64,000 nt of DNA from an uncultured Chloroflexia bacterium (GTDB lineage: Bacteria > Chloroflexota > Anaerolineae > CG2-30-64-16), in NCBI GenBank assembly GCA_963774265.1, contig CAVZDU010000001.1:32001-96000 (forward strand). The letters run 5' to 3'. This document shows, piece by piece, positions 29,656 to 40,454 of this stretch (its first letter is position 1; every line of letters begins with the position of its first letter). The notes beneath the pieces were generated by a model. It was not told the origin of the DNA, searched no databases, and saw only the letters and a list, made by a program, of their open reading frames with translations. The translations under genes and the position numbers were made by a program.

Positions 29656-32600
29656 CGGGGCGCCTCGTTTCGATCATCACATCTGCCGATCCCCGTGTGC
29701 GCGACCAGTCCGTCGATGCCTGGGCCCGTGCGGCTACGCTCGAAGACCTGGTGGCTGAGTGCGCGCATCTGGAAGCGTTCCGCAGGCAGAGTACTAACCT
29801 CTACGAGCGCGTCCGCGCCCTGTTCTTCCTGTACGATATTCATCGCTTCCATCTGCCTCAAAAAGCCGGCGTCGGACAACTTGGATTTGTGCCCTTCGAT
29901 GGCTACAGCTACCTGCTAAAGCGTCGCTTCGAGGAAGCCATTGAGGTCTTCCTCCGCGAACAGACCACCCAGGGCCCCAATCAGTCCGTTTCCAGCGCGC
30001 TGGCCGCAGCATATCATCGCCTGGGGTTTCAGACGCTTGCTGACCAGGTCCGCCATAGCGTGCGCTCGGTACGCGGAAATCAGTGGATGTTCCGTATCGG
30101 CCATCCAGCGGACCAGCCCCTGCGCATCCGGCCTGACCTCCTGGCGCGCGCCTCATCGGACGCACCCTATCCCATCCTGCGCGAAACGACACCAGTGCGC
30201 ATGGATCTCTCACACAGCGCGTGGAGCGACATTTTCTTCCTCGGCATGGACTTCCCGGAGGGTGCGCGCGTCCTCAATATCTCGATCGACCTGGGCGTAC
30301 GCGGCCGCGACGATGAACCGCGTCCCCCGGTGGAAGCCTATCTCCGCGTGATCGACGAGCCGGTTCTGCGTCTCGCCAGCGTCGATCTGGCCGCACGCGC
30401 GGATATCACCAGCCTCGCGGAGGTGTTCGATTTTGCGCGCGACTACCTCGGGCTGCTCAAGGCAGCATTGATCGCTTCGGGCCTCGTCCCCCCCGGGATG
30501 GAAGGCTCAGAGGAACGCCTGACCGAACTTCTCGCCCGATTGGTGGGACAGGGGCGCGGTATCGAACTGGTCAGCAATGTCAACGCCATCCCCAAGGGAT
30601 CTCGCCTGGCCGTTTCCACCAGCCTGCTCGCCTGCTTGATCGCGTGCTGCATGCGTGCCACCGGGCAGGCCTGTTCTCTCACCGGGCAATTGGCCGAGCA
30701 CGAGCGCCGGCTGGTGGCCGCTCGGGCCATCCTGGGCGAATGGCTCGCCGGATCGGGAGGTGGTTGGCAGGATTCGGGTGGGGTATGGCCGGGTATCAAG
30801 TTGATCACAGGCGTGCTGCCTGGCGCTGATGACCCTGAATATGGTATCAGCAGGGGCCGCCTGTTGCCCGGTCACCGGATTTTCGGCGTGGATGAGGTGT
30901 CGCAGGAGACGCGGCAGGCGCTGCAGGACAGCCTGGTTCTCGTGCATGGGGGAATGGCGCAGAACGTCGGTCCCATCCTGGAGATGGTGACTGAGAAGTA
31001 CCTGTTGCGGTCCGAAGTCGAGTGGCTGGGACGCCAGGAAGCGTGCCGCATCCTCGATCAGGTCGTCGAGGCATTACAGACGGGAGACGTCCGCCGGGTA
31101 GGGGCGGTCACCACGCGCAACTTCGCTGGACCGATCCAAATGATCATTCCCTGGGCCACGAACCTCTACACCGAACGCCTGATTGAGCGTGTACAAGCGG
31201 AATACGGCGAGCGCTTCTGGGGCTTCTGGATGCTGGGCGGTATGTCGGGTGGTGGAATGGGGTTCATCTTCGATCCCTCTGTGCGCCCAGCCGCCCAGGA
31301 ACGGATGCAGCACATCATGTCTCAGGCGAAGGCCGAGCTCGAATCGGCTCTGCCATTCGCCATGGAACCGGTTGTCTACGACTTTGCCATCAACGAGCAC
31401 GGCACGTGGGCCGACCTGTTGGATGGGAACGACCCTGCCGGGGTGGGCCCGGCGCCCACCCTGCCGTTGATGCCACCGGGCTACTATGCTATGGTTGTGC
31501 CCGACCTGGTGCGACTGGATCTCCGGCAGTTGCCCGCCTCTCAACGCGCGGAGCTGGGCCTCTTCGCTTCAGCGGCACGCACCTCACCGACACTGACCGG
31601 GATGGTGCATACGGTGTTCGATCGGCTTCTGCCTTCCTTAGCCAAATCGAGTGCCCAGGACAACGCTCGAACACTCAACGCCATGCTCGCCGAACATGGG
31701 TTTGACCCGGTGCAACACGAACAGATCCGCACTGACCTGCGCGCCGGCCGTCTTGGCCTGGCGCAAAACCGGCTGCCTGCCAACAGCGACATCGGCGATG
31801 TCGTGCGAGGCGATGTGTTCGATGCGAGCGAGAACCTGGAGAACCTATCGCAGCATCGCCGTGACGGTCTGGAAGCATTGCGATCCGGCACAGTTGCGGT
31901 GGTGAGCCTGGCCGGCGGTGTGGGAACCCGCTGGACGCAGGGCGCAGGTGTGGTTAAGGCGTTGCACCCGTTCTGCCGGCTAGGTGGGCAGCACCGTTCG
32001 TTCATCGAAGTGCATGTCGCCAAAAGTCGACGCATCAGCCGGCTGGCAGGGAAGGCCCTGCCGCACGTCATCACGACCAGCTATCTCACCCACGATCGCA
32101 TCGCGGCATACCTGGCACGGGAAGACTACTACGGCGATGGCGGCCAGGTTCATCTATCGCCGGGCAGGGCTATCGGCCTACGCCTTGTTCCCATGGCGCG
32201 CGATTTGCGTTTCGCGTGGGAGGAGCTGCCTCAGCAACTGCTTGATGAGCAGGCGCAAAAGGTCCGCGAAAGTCTCCACGCTGCGCTGATTGCCTGGGCA
32301 CAGGGGATGGGCGAAGGTGGCGACTACACCGACAACCTTCCGCAACAATGCCTGCACCCGGTAGGGCATTGGTACGAGATACCGAATATGCTCAAGAACG
32401 GCGTGTTAGCCCGGCTGCTGCGAGCGCAACCTGGCCTGCGGTACCTGATGGTCCACAATATCGACGCGCTCGGCACAGACGTCGACCCGGCGGTGTTGGG
32501 CTGGGTGATGCAAAGCGAGGGCGCATTTACGGCCGAGGTTATCACGCGCAGCATCGAGGACCGTGGCGGCGGCTTGGCGCGCGTCGATGGGCGTCTCCGG

Positions 32601-33041
32601 TTGCTCGAAGGGCTCGCAATGCCGCGCGAAGAAGACGAGTTCAGCCTCTCCTATTACAACTCGAACACAAGTTGGCTGCACGTCGACCGTGTGTTGGGTG
32701 TCTTTGGCCTGACGCGTGAAATCGTGCTTGCCGCGGCTGAGGGCGACGCTGCCGCGGAAGAGAAGATCACTGCCGGCATCCGTCACGTCGCAGCGCGGAT
32801 GCCCACCTACATCACCTTGAAGGATGTGAAGAAGCGCTGGGGGCACGGGCAAGAGGACATCTTCCCCGTGGCCCAGTTCGAGAAACTGTGGGGCGACATG
32901 ACGGCCCTGCCGGAGCTGGCGTGTCGCTTCCTTGCTGTGCCACGGATGCGCGGGCAAAACCTGAAGGATCAGGCACAACTCGACGGTTGGCTCCGCGATG
33001 GATCAGCGGCCTATGTGGAGGCGCTCTGCGAATGGCAATGA
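29652..33041 (+). CDS. Fusion of a fucokinase-like GHMP sugar kinase and a UDPGP-family UDP-sugar pyrophosphorylase
   Basis: PVRMDL...[33 protein letters not shown] (GHMP); LAGGVGTRW...K, HPVGH, HNID, YNSNT, QFEK (UDPGP). Confidence 0.8.
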   Translation: MTGRLVSIITSADPRVRDQSVDAWARAATLEDLVAECAHLEAFRRQSTNLYERVRALFFLYDIHRFHLPQKAGVGQLGFVPFDGYSYLLKRRFEEAIEVFLREQTTQGPNQSVSSALAAAYHRLGFQTLADQVRHSVRSVRGNQWMFRIGHPADQPLRIRPDLLARASSDAPYPILRETTPVRMDLSHSAWSDIFFLGMDFPEGARVLNISIDLGVRGRDDEPRPPVEAYLRVIDEPVLRLASVDLAARADITSLAEVFDFARDYLGLLKAALIASGLVPPGMEGSEERLTELLARLVGQGRGIELVSNVNAIPKGSRLAVSTSLLACLIACCMRATGQACSLTGQLAEHERRLVAARAILGEWLAGSGGGWQDSGGVWPGIKLITGVLPGADDPEYGISRGRLLPGHRIFGVDEVSQETRQALQDSLVLVHGGMAQNVGPILEMVTEKYLLRSEVEWLGRQEACRILDQVVEALQTGDVRRVGAVTTRNFAGPIQMIIPWATNLYTERLIERVQAEYGERFWGFWMLGGMSGGGMGFIFDPSVRPAAQERMQHIMSQAKAELESALPFAMEPVVYDFAINEHGTWADLLDGNDPAGVGPAPTLPLMPPGYYAMVVPDLVRLDLRQLPASQRAELGLFASAARTSPTLTGMVHTVFDRLLPSLAKSSAQDNARTLNAMLAEHGFDPVQHEQIRTDLRAGRLGLAQNRLPANSDIGDVVRGDVFDASENLENLSQHRRDGLEALRSGTVAVVSLAGGVGTRWTQGAGVVKALHPFCRLGGQHRSFIEVHVAKSRRISRLAGKALPHVITTSYLTHDRIAAYLAREDYYGDGGQVHLSPGRAIGLRLVPMARDLRFAWEELPQQLLDEQAQKVRESLHAALIAWAQGMGEGGDYTDNLPQQCLHPVGHWYEIPNMLKNGVLARLLRAQPGLRYLMVHNIDALGTDVDPAVLGWVMQSEGAFTAEVITRSIEDRGGGLARVDGRLRLLEGLAMPREEDEFSLSYYNSNTSWLHVDRVLGVFGLTREIVLAAAEGDAAAEEKITAGIRHVAARMPTYITLKDVKKRWGHGQEDIFPVAQFEKLWGDMTALPELACRFLAVPRMRGQNLKDQAQLDGWLRDGSAAYVEALCEWQ

Positions 33042-33073
33042 GGGCGACTCCCACCCTGGAGACATGAACGAAG

Positions 33074-33628
33074 ATGTTCATATTGCTTACGGGAAAAGGT
33101 GGCCATGGCAAGACCACGGCCTGTTGGAAAGCGCTGCCCGGCCTGCGCAGCGGCGGAATCAAGCTGGCCGGCTTCATCTCACCCCCCTTGCTGGACGCTG
33201 AGGGCAAGAAGACCGGCATCGAAATGCTGGATCTCGCCACGGGTGAGCATCATACCTTTGCGCGTGTGGTCGGGCGTGATCAGGACACCGACATTGGGGT
33301 TTACCGACTCGAGGCGGATGCGATCGATTGGGCGCGCGGCGTGCTTGCGGCCGCACTGCTGTCAGACATGGATTGGCTGGTGATCGACGAAATCGGCCCC
33401 TTGGAGTTGCATCGTGGGGGCGGCTTTGCCTTCGCGATCGAGCCGCTCGCCGATCCTGTACGCATCCCGAACGCGATCGTGATCGTTCGTCAGGAGCTGG
33501 TCAACGAGCTGGCCGAACGAATCGGTCGATCCGACATGATTCGCGTTGTTGTCACTGAAGGCGCCCGCGGCCAGGCCCCTGCGCAGCTTGTAAAGCTGGT
33601 GCGAGAGGCGCATAGCAGGACGAACTGA
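33074..33628 (+). CDS. THEP1/NTPase_1-like nucleoside triphosphatase
   Basis: LLTGKGGHGKTT, LAGF, LVIDEIGPLEL. Confidence 0.88.
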   Translation: MFILLTGKGGHGKTTACWKALPGLRSGGIKLAGFISPPLLDAEGKKTGIEMLDLATGEHHTFARVVGRDQDTDIGVYRLEADAIDWARGVLAAALLSDMDWLVIDEIGPLELHRGGGFAFAIEPLADPVRIPNAIVIVRQELVNELAERIGRSDMIRVVVTEGARGQAPAQLVKLVREAHSRTN

Positions 33629-33646
33629 TCTTCGCAGGAGTGAGTA

Positions 33647-33877
33647 ATGCAAAATATGACCCCCTCCGAGAAATACGGCATTGCAGCCGCCCTCGGGCTG
33701 CTGGTGATGGTCATGATCAACAACGCGCTCTTGATGCTGGTGCTCTCAGTTATTGGCCTGGTCGCAGGCTTCTGGATCATCCGGCTGGGCGAGGTGAGGC
33801 GGGTGGCATTCGTTGCCTTCGCGGCGTTCGCAATCGCCGCCGTCTTTGCCGTGATCGGGCTGGTTCGCGCATCGTGA
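33647..33877 (+). CDS. Small hydrophobic membrane protein
   Basis: SD AGGAG upstream; 76 aa with about three TM segments. Confidence 0.7.
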   Translation: MQNMTPSEKYGIAAALGLLVMVMINNALLMLVLSVIGLVAGFWIIRLGEVRRVAFVAFAAFAIAAVFAVIGLVRAS

Positions 33878-33936
33878 TTGCGCACACCGACATTGTGTGC
33901 GGATCGTGTTAGCATCCCCACTGAAGCGAGGGCCGC

Positions 33937-35535
33937 ATGAACCAAGGCGAAACTTCGGGGCAGGGACAAATCAATCCGGCGATCACCGTCATCTTCGGCG
34001 CCAGCGGTGATCTGACGCAGCGCAAGCTCATTCCCGCGCTCTACACGTTGTATGTCGAGGGCCGGCTGGGTGACCAGTTCGCGATTGTCGGGGTGGCTCG
34101 CAGCAACCTGGGGACAGGCAACACCGATGATGACGCCGCTGGCTTTCGCGAGCACTTGAGCGCATCCGCGCTCGAAAACGCGCGCGTCGGCGGCGCGGAA
34201 CCGGCCAAGTGGGAAGCGTTCTCAAAGCACCTCTACTACTGCCGCGGCGAGTACGGTGATGCAGCGACCTACGCCCGGCTCGCAGAGCTTCTGAGTGAGC
34301 TTGACGGTCAGCACAACACACATGGCAATCGGTTATTCTACCTCGCCATGCCGCCGCAGCTCTATACGACCGTTGTCGAGCAGCTCGGTCACGCGGGACT
34401 GGATCGCGGCAATGGGTTTGCGCGCATCATCATCGAAAAGCCTTTCGGCCACGACCTAGCCAGCGCACAGGATCTGAATCGTCGGGTCCACGAGGTCTTC
34501 GACGAGAGCCAGGTCTATCGCATTGACCACTACCTGGGCAAAGAGACCGTCCAGAATATCCTTGCCTTCCGGTTTGCCAACGCTATTTGGGAACCGCTGT
34601 GGAACCGCAACTACGTCGATCACGTTCAAATCACCGCATCCGAGACAGTGGGTGTCGAAGGTCGGGCGGGCTATTACGAAGGTGCGGGCGTGCTGCGTGA
34701 TGTGTTCCAAAACCATCTGCTTCAACTGTTATCCCTCGTGTGTATGGAGCCCCCCGCGGCAATTAACGCCAAATTCCTGCGCGACGAAAAGGTGAAGGTT
34801 CTGCAAGCGGTGCGGCCTTTGAAGCCAGAGGATGTGGTGAATAGCACGGTGCGAGGCCAATATCGGACCTACCGGGACGAAGTGGGTGTCGGCCGCGGCT
34901 CGGCAACAGCCACGTTTGGCGCCCTGAGTCTCTTTGTCGATAACTGGCGTTGGCAGGGTGTACCGTTCTACCTGCGCTCCGGAAAACTGCTGCCGGCTAA
35001 GGTCACCGAGATCACCGTTCAGTTCAAGGATGTGCCCCACCAGTTGTTCCCGCGAGAGACGAACGGAAATCCGCCCCAGGGCGGCCAGGGCAGCGGTGCG
35101 CCACACGCCAACTTTCTCAGTCTCTGCATACAGCCGGACGAAGGCGTCCATCTTCGCATCGAGACAAAAATGCCCGGCCAGGGTATGCGCATGCGGTCGG
35201 TCGAGATGGAATTTCATTTCGGCCAGGAGTTCGGAACCGCGGCGCTGCCTGATGCCTATGAGCGGCTCATTCTCGATGCAGTCGCGGGCGACGCCGCGCT
35301 GTTCGCTCGGGCGGACGAGATCGAGTTGAGTTGGCAGATTATCGATCCGATCGAGGCCGGCTGGGATCAAGGGACCAGCCCAGTCGCAGGCGAATGGCAG
35401 GTTGTTAGCGCGCCGCCACTCGAATTCTACGAACAGGGCACCTGGGGCCCGTTGGGTGCGGATCAGCTGATGACGCGTACAGGACGGCACTGGCGGCTTG
35501 GTTGCGCCGCCGATCTGCACCGGGCAGATCGGTGA
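33937..35535 (+). CDS. zwf: Glucose-6-phosphate dehydrogenase
   Basis: [50 protein letters not shown]. Confidence 0.98.
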   Translation: MNQGETSGQGQINPAITVIFGASGDLTQRKLIPALYTLYVEGRLGDQFAIVGVARSNLGTGNTDDDAAGFREHLSASALENARVGGAEPAKWEAFSKHLYYCRGEYGDAATYARLAELLSELDGQHNTHGNRLFYLAMPPQLYTTVVEQLGHAGLDRGNGFARIIIEKPFGHDLASAQDLNRRVHEVFDESQVYRIDHYLGKETVQNILAFRFANAIWEPLWNRNYVDHVQITASETVGVEGRAGYYEGAGVLRDVFQNHLLQLLSLVCMEPPAAINAKFLRDEKVKVLQAVRPLKPEDVVNSTVRGQYRTYRDEVGVGRGSATATFGALSLFVDNWRWQGVPFYLRSGKLLPAKVTEITVQFKDVPHQLFPRETNGNPPQGGQGSGAPHANFLSLCIQPDEGVHLRIETKMPGQGMRMRSVEMEFHFGQEFGTAALPDAYERLILDAVAGDAALFARADEIELSWQIIDPIEAGWDQGTSPVAGEWQVVSAPPLEFYEQGTWGPLGADQLMTRTGRHWRLGCAADLHRADR

Positions 35536-35553
35536 GTACCAAGGGCATGGGCA

Positions 35554-36312
35554 ATGGAACTGATCGTGCGGACCGATGTCGAGGCGCTGGCACAGGCAGC
35601 GGCTGAACGCATTCTGACCGCGGCAGCGGCTGCGATTGCCGACCGCGGCCGGTTCACCATCGCGCTGGCAGGTGGCTCGACGCCCGCGGCCCTGTACCGG
35701 CTGCTGGCCGCGCCTTCCCATGTCGCTCGGCTCGATTGGCTGGCCACGGAGGTCTTCTTCGGGGACGAACGATGCGTGCCGCCGGACCACGAGTGGAGCA
35801 ATTATGCGATGGCCTGGCGTTCGCTGTTACGCCATGTGCCTTTGCCGCCTGAGCAGCTCCATCGCATGCGTGGCGAGCTCCCCCCTGCCGTTGCGGCGGA
35901 GAGTTATTCTCGAATCCTGACGCACACCATCGATTCAGCGGGAGCGCCCTGGCCTCCCCTTGATGTAATTCTCCTCGGCATGGGCGAGGATGGCCACACC
36001 GCTTCCCTCTTCCCCGGCATGGCAGTTCTGGCTGAACGCAGCACGGCGGTCGTGGCGACGGAGGTCCCGTCGTACGTACGCCCTCAGGTGCCGCGGGTGA
36101 CCCTGACGCTGCCCGTTCTCAATGCTGCACGCGAGGTCATGTTCCTGGTCGCCGGCGAGGGCAAGGCCGGGATGATTGAGCGAGTGTTGAAAGGTGACCA
36201 GTCGGGGGAAGGCGAGGATGGGCGGGCGCCAGCCGCGCGGGTGCGACCTTCCCATGGCCAGTTGTCGTGGTTTCTGGATCAAGCGGCTGCATCTCTGCTG
36301 CAGCAGGAGTAA
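35554..36312 (+). CDS. pgl: 6-phosphogluconolactonase
   Basis: ALAGGSTP, GDERCVP, LLGMGEDGHTASLFP, RVTLT. Confidence 0.97.
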   Translation: MELIVRTDVEALAQAAAERILTAAAAAIADRGRFTIALAGGSTPAALYRLLAAPSHVARLDWLATEVFFGDERCVPPDHEWSNYAMAWRSLLRHVPLPPEQLHRMRGELPPAVAAESYSRILTHTIDSAGAPWPPLDVILLGMGEDGHTASLFPGMAVLAERSTAVVATEVPSYVRPQVPRVTLTLPVLNAAREVMFLVAGEGKAGMIERVLKGDQSGEGEDGRAPAARVRPSHGQLSWFLDQAAASLLQQE

Positions 36313-36315
36313 CGG

Positions 36316-36765
36316 ATGGGCAAACGCGGTGAGGGTTGGTTTCTGCTTCAGATGATCCTGTTTGCTGTCATCCTGGTTATCCCACGGATCTTCGCCGTGG
36401 CGTTCCCTCTCTGGTTGCAAGGGCTCGGAATCCTGTTGTTGGTTGCGGGCGCCCTATTCGGTACGTGGGGTATGATCGCGCTTGGGCGTAACCTGACGCC
36501 TTTCCCGAAACCCATCGAAGACGGTATACTCGTGACCACTGGGCCGTACGCGTGGGTGCGCCATCCGATCTACACGGGCTTGATCCTGGGCACACTTGGT
36601 TGGGCACTGTTTCGCGCTAACCTGGTTGGCGTGGCGCTGGCTGTGGCGTTGTTCGTCTTTTTCGACCTCAAGTCACGGCAGGAAGAGCGCTGGCTCGTTG
36701 AAGCCTACGGGGGCTACACCGAATACCAAAGCCGCGTCCACAAGCTGATCCCCTGGGTTTATTAA
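36316..36765 (+). CDS. Isoprenylcysteine carboxyl methyltransferase/PEMT-family membrane protein
   Basis: LVTTGPYAWVRHPIY, EERWL, Y..YQ..V..LIP. Confidence 0.9.
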   Translation: MGKRGEGWFLLQMILFAVILVIPRIFAVAFPLWLQGLGILLLVAGALFGTWGMIALGRNLTPFPKPIEDGILVTTGPYAWVRHPIYTGLILGTLGWALFRANLVGVALAVALFVFFDLKSRQEERWLVEAYGGYTEYQSRVHKLIPWVY

Positions 36766-36801
36766 GAAGGGGGGGCTGAACCGTATCAGCCCCCCCTTCT
36801 T
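36764..36801. terminator. Bidirectional terminator between convergent genes
   Basis: Perfect 16-bp stem AAGAAGGGGGGGCTGA-accgta-TCAGCCCCCCCTTCTT. Confidence 0.9.
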
Positions 36802-37511
36802 CACATCCAGCCCTGCTGCTTTGCGAAGTCCGTCAGGAATGGCAGCGTAACGCGCTTGCCGCTGTACGCCTGGAATGCGTAGTACAACCCCAACGCATGC
36901 GGCACGAGGAAGATCGGCCACAAGCAGATCGCACCACAGCCGGCCGTCACCGCGGTCAAGATGGAGAACACCACCGTCGCCAGGATTTCGTACACGATCC
37001 CAGCACCGTAGAAGAGCAGCGATGTGATCGCATGATGTCGCTGGAACGGCCTATCCTTCGTGTTGGCTGACAACAACTGGATGACCGATACGATGGGCAG
37101 TTGCAGGATCACCATCGACAGCCAGGCCAGCGCCGCCAACAGCCGGTCGTCATCACTCCCCTCGCGCACGACTGCCGCGCTGCCCTTAGACGCCTCTTGA
37201 CCCGACGTAGGCGGGGCAGCAGTGAGTACGAGCGGCTCATTCACCGGTTCTGGCGTCTCCCAGGTGGGCGTCTCGGCGAGAGGCGTCTCGGCGAGAGGCG
37301 TTTCGGTCGGCTCCTCTGCTGTCGGCGGCAAGAGCTCGTCCTGCAAATCACGCAACCCCTGGGTAATCGTGTCAGCGGTTTCGTCGAGCCTTTCCGCAAT
37401 TCGATCCACCGGCTCCTCAGGCACAATCGGCGCATCCTCCGATGACCACGACTCGCGACCTTCTTCAGGTGCGGGCTCGGGCGGAATATCTTTGCGTTCT
37501 TCGTCAGACAT
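36801..37511 (-). CDS. DUF4870-like membrane protein with a long acidic, Pro-rich N-terminus
   Basis: DDRLLAALAWL...FQRHHA...AYSGK..LP TM module after about 120 aa of E/P-rich sequence. Confidence 0.75.
   Translation of the reverse strand: MSDEERKDIPPEPAPEEGRESWSSEDAPIVPEEPVDRIAERLDETADTITQGLRDLQDELLPPTAEEPTETPLAETPLAETPTWETPEPVNEPLVLTAAPPTSGQEASKGSAAVVREGSDDDRLLAALAWLSMVILQLPIVSVIQLLSANTKDRPFQRHHAITSLLFYGAGIVYEILATVVFSILTAVTAGCGAICLWPIFLVPHALGLYYAFQAYSGKRVTLPFLTDFAKQQGWM
37252..37306 (-). repeat. 15-bp in-frame tandem repeat (xETPx, four units)
   Basis: GGCGTCTCGGCGAGA units encoding TETPL-AETPL-AETPT-WETPE. Confidence 0.85.
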
Positions 37512-37602
37512 CTCTCTTCTCCTTTGTATCTCTCTACGCAACTCCGGGTACTAAGTTTCACTGTACAGTCGGATGCGGGCGATTCAGCAGTCCGGTTGGC
37601 TA

Positions 37603-37628
37603 TGCAACCTGCTCAGAATCGGTGCGTA
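37603..37628 (+). promoter_or_regulatory. ECF-sigma-type promoter
   Basis: TGCAAC-N16-CGTA, matching the AAC/CGT ECF consensus, upstream of ATG 37681. Confidence 0.65.
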
Positions 37629-37680
37629 TAGAAAGCTAAGAATGATCATTGTGATGCAGCCTTACTGAGGAGGATTTATC

Positions 37681-38313
37681 ATGAACAACAGTCGTACAGG
37701 GGCCCTGGCGGTGGGCGCACTCCTGGTGGCTTTCGGTGTTTTGTTCCTGTTGCAGAACTTCGGCGTATTTGGCAGAGTCGAAAACCTGGTCTGGCTGGTC
37801 CTGTTCGGCGCAGGCGGCCTGGCTTTCCTATATGTGTTCGCATCGAACCAACAGCAGTGGTGGGCGGTGATTCCCGGCTTCGTGCTGCTGGGACTGGGCA
37901 TGCTCATCGGCTTCGGCGACAGGCTCGGGCCCTGGGGCGGCGCACTGTTCCTGGGCAGCATCGGCCTGGCCTTCTGGGTGATCTACTTTGTGCGGCGCGA
38001 CTTCTGGTGGGCCGTCATTCCGGGCGGTGTACTGGTGACATTGGCGGCTGTCGCTGCGCTGGGGGAGAATCTGCCGGGCATGGCTGCCGGCGGCATCTTC
38101 TTCTTGGGTCTTGCACTGACATTCGCCCTGGTGTACCTTCTGCCCACTGAGGAGGGCCGGCAGCGCTGGGCAGCCATCCCTGCCCTCGTGTTGGGGGTCA
38201 TCGGCCTTCTGCTGACCCTATCGCTCGGTGGCATCATCAATTATGTATGGGCAATCGGCCTCATCGTGGCCGGCGTGTATCTGCTAACCCGCTCCAGGCT
38301 ATTTCAGCGCTGA
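37681..38313 (+). CDS. Polytopic membrane protein with repeated W(W)AVIP segments (LiaI/LiaF-like N-terminus)
   Basis: GVLFLLQNFG; WWAVIPG twice and RWAAIP; about eight TM segments; SD GAGGAGG. Confidence 0.8.
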   Translation: MNNSRTGALAVGALLVAFGVLFLLQNFGVFGRVENLVWLVLFGAGGLAFLYVFASNQQQWWAVIPGFVLLGLGMLIGFGDRLGPWGGALFLGSIGLAFWVIYFVRRDFWWAVIPGGVLVTLAAVAALGENLPGMAAGGIFFLGLALTFALVYLLPTEEGRQRWAAIPALVLGVIGLLLTLSLGGIINYVWAIGLIVAGVYLLTRSRLFQR

Positions 38314-38337
38314 ATCGCGCTATCTGAGGAGGGATTT

Positions 38338-39267
38338 GTGAACGAGCAACGGCATTATCGTGGGGGCTTCGTGTGGCCCATCATCCTGATCGGCGCAGGA
38401 CTGGTTTTCCTGCTGAACAACCTCGGGGTCATCGGTTGGGGCATCTGGGACACTCTGCTCCGGCTTTGGCCCATCCTGTTGATCGCGGCGGGACTGGACT
38501 TGCTGGTGGGGCGGCGTTTCCCGCTCGGCTCTGCACTCCTGGCGCTTCTGCTGATAGTCGTGCTGGTTCTGGCGGTCCAGGGGACGCTCACGTTGCCGGC
38601 CGTCGCTGGCAACGCCGGAGTGGACCGCACCGAAACGATCAGCCAGGATCTGGGCAGCGAGGAACGCGCTGCGGTCGACATCAAGTTCGGCACAGGCAAT
38701 CTCAACATCGCCGCCCTCAGCGAAGGCAGCAGCCAACTGGTGCAGGGCAAGGCCGACCTGAGCCGCGACGAGCGCCTGAACGACAGCTTCCGCGCCAGCA
38801 ACGGTGTTGACTATTACACCCTTGAGAGCCAGGGTTCCTGGTCGTGGGGCACCCAGGTCTTCACTGATAATGGCAAGAACTGGGATCTGGGCTTGAACCG
38901 GGACATTCAACTCGATCTCGAAGTCGATGCGGGCGCCGGGAAGTCGACGCTGGATCTAGCAGCTCTCAACCTTCGCCGCTTCAAGCTCGATGGCGGTGTG
39001 GGCCAGGTGACGGTGAAGCTGCCGGTGCGTGGCCGATATGACATGACCATCGACGGCGGCGTTGGCCAGATGATCCTGATGGTTCCCCAAGGGCTGGGCG
39101 CACGCGTGCGCGTCGACGGAGGGCTCGGGGGCGTGGATGTCCAGGGCGACTTCCGCAAGCAGGGCGACGAGTATATCACCGACAACTACAACACTGCTGA
39201 GAACCGCGCGACCCTTGAGGTCAATGGTGGCGTTGGCCAAATAGTCATCAAGACGCTGAGCGAGTAG
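38338..39267 (+). CDS. LiaF-like TM domain (DUF5668) plus toast-rack beta-solenoid (DUF2154-like)
   Basis: WPIILIGAGLVFLLNNLG...LWPILLIAAGL; repeated DGGVGQ turns. Confidence 0.85.
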   Translation: MNEQRHYRGGFVWPIILIGAGLVFLLNNLGVIGWGIWDTLLRLWPILLIAAGLDLLVGRRFPLGSALLALLLIVVLVLAVQGTLTLPAVAGNAGVDRTETISQDLGSEERAAVDIKFGTGNLNIAALSEGSSQLVQGKADLSRDERLNDSFRASNGVDYYTLESQGSWSWGTQVFTDNGKNWDLGLNRDIQLDLEVDAGAGKSTLDLAALNLRRFKLDGGVGQVTVKLPVRGRYDMTIDGGVGQMILMVPQGLGARVRVDGGLGGVDVQGDFRKQGDEYITDNYNTAENRATLEVNGGVGQIVIKTLSE

Positions 39268-39293
39268 ATTTCGGAACCGTAGAATCTGACTTT

Positions 39294-39340
39294 GCGGTGC
39301 GACTTGCCCGATTGAGGCAGCTCGCACCGCTTTGTTTTTT
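39294..39340 (+). terminator. Intrinsic terminator
   Basis: GCGGTGCGA...TCGCACCGC followed by TTTGTTTTTT. Confidence 0.8.
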
Positions 39341-39479
39341 CAGTTTCTCTTGTTCTACAAGTGGCCGCTGAAATACATTGGCCTGGGCGAGTTGGCCGTC
39401 ATCGTCGTGTGAGGACCGCTAATGGTCGGCGGTGGCTATTTTGATTGATGACTGCTCGCACAATGGGTCGGGCCGAGTC

Positions 39480-40454
39480 CTATTTGCGAGTAGTCAAATG
39501 TCCGTAGCGCGCCGGCACTCGCCACGGCGCGACAATCGGTGACAGGAAGCGGATATCGGGGCGGTTCTTGAGGTGCTGGCGCTGCTTCAGAGCACCGCCG
39601 AGTGCCGCCAATCCCGCGATGCGCCCCCGCAAGGCGTGGCCATCGCGCCTTGCGACCAGTGCATAAAAAACCGCTAGCAGATCATATATCACAACCAGCG
39701 GCACACCCCACCATAGCTCACGGACCGGGTAATTCTTAGCGAGCAGCCGCACCTTATTTCTTCCCAATTGGTATCGCTTGAAGGGAGATCCCTCTACGCC
39801 CGTGGCAGAGTGGCGATGGAGCACACGCGCCTGCGGTGTGTAAAAGCAACGCCAGGCGCGTGCCCGGCCTCGCCAGGCCAGGTCTACATCCTCCAGATAG
39901 GCAAAATACGCTTCATCAAACAGGCCGATTTCATCCAGCATTTGTCGACGATAGAGCGCGGCGCCGCCACATGGCCCAAAAATCTCGACAATATGGGTCT
40001 CGTCGCCTGCGTCCAACTCACCCCCGCGACGATCCCATGCGATTCCCGCCAGATCGACGCAGATGCCTGTCGAGTTGATGACTTCTGGTCGATCAGCGAA
40101 AAGCATTTTGCTTGCCACCATGCCAACATGTGGTTGTGATTCGGCGGCTGCCAACAAAGCAGCGAGCCAGCCCGGCTCAGGTTCAGTGTCGTTATTGAGG
40201 ACGGCGACATAGGGCGATGCGCTGTTACGAATACCCTGATTCACCGGTGCAGCGAATCCCAGGTTTTCTTTGTTTTCGATGACACGGATCTGGGGGTGAT
40301 GCTGGCTCAGCCACTCAGCGGTGCCGTCAGATGAGCCGTTATCCACAACCACGATGGCAAAGTCCTGCTCAGCCTGAACGCGCAACGCTTCGAGGCAAGT
40401 TTGCAGCAGAGCCCGGCCATTCCAAGTCGGTATTACGACTGTGACGAGAGGCAT
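39480..40454 (-). CDS. GT2 glycosyltransferase (rhamnosyltransferase-like)
   Basis: VVIPTWNG, VVDNGSSDG, NLGFA, LNNDT, FDE.YFAYLEDVDL.WR. Confidence 0.93.
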   Translation of the reverse strand: MPLVTVVIPTWNGRALLQTCLEALRVQAEQDFAIVVVDNGSSDGTAEWLSQHHPQIRVIENKENLGFAAPVNQGIRNSASPYVAVLNNDTEPEPGWLAALLAAAESQPHVGMVASKMLFADRPEVINSTGICVDLAGIAWDRRGGELDAGDETHIVEIFGPCGGAALYRRQMLDEIGLFDEAYFAYLEDVDLAWRGRARAWRCFYTPQARVLHRHSATGVEGSPFKRYQLGRNKVRLLAKNYPVRELWWGVPLVVIYDLLAVFYALVARRDGHALRGRIAGLAALGGALKQRQHLKNRPDIRFLSPIVAPWRVPARYGHLTTRK

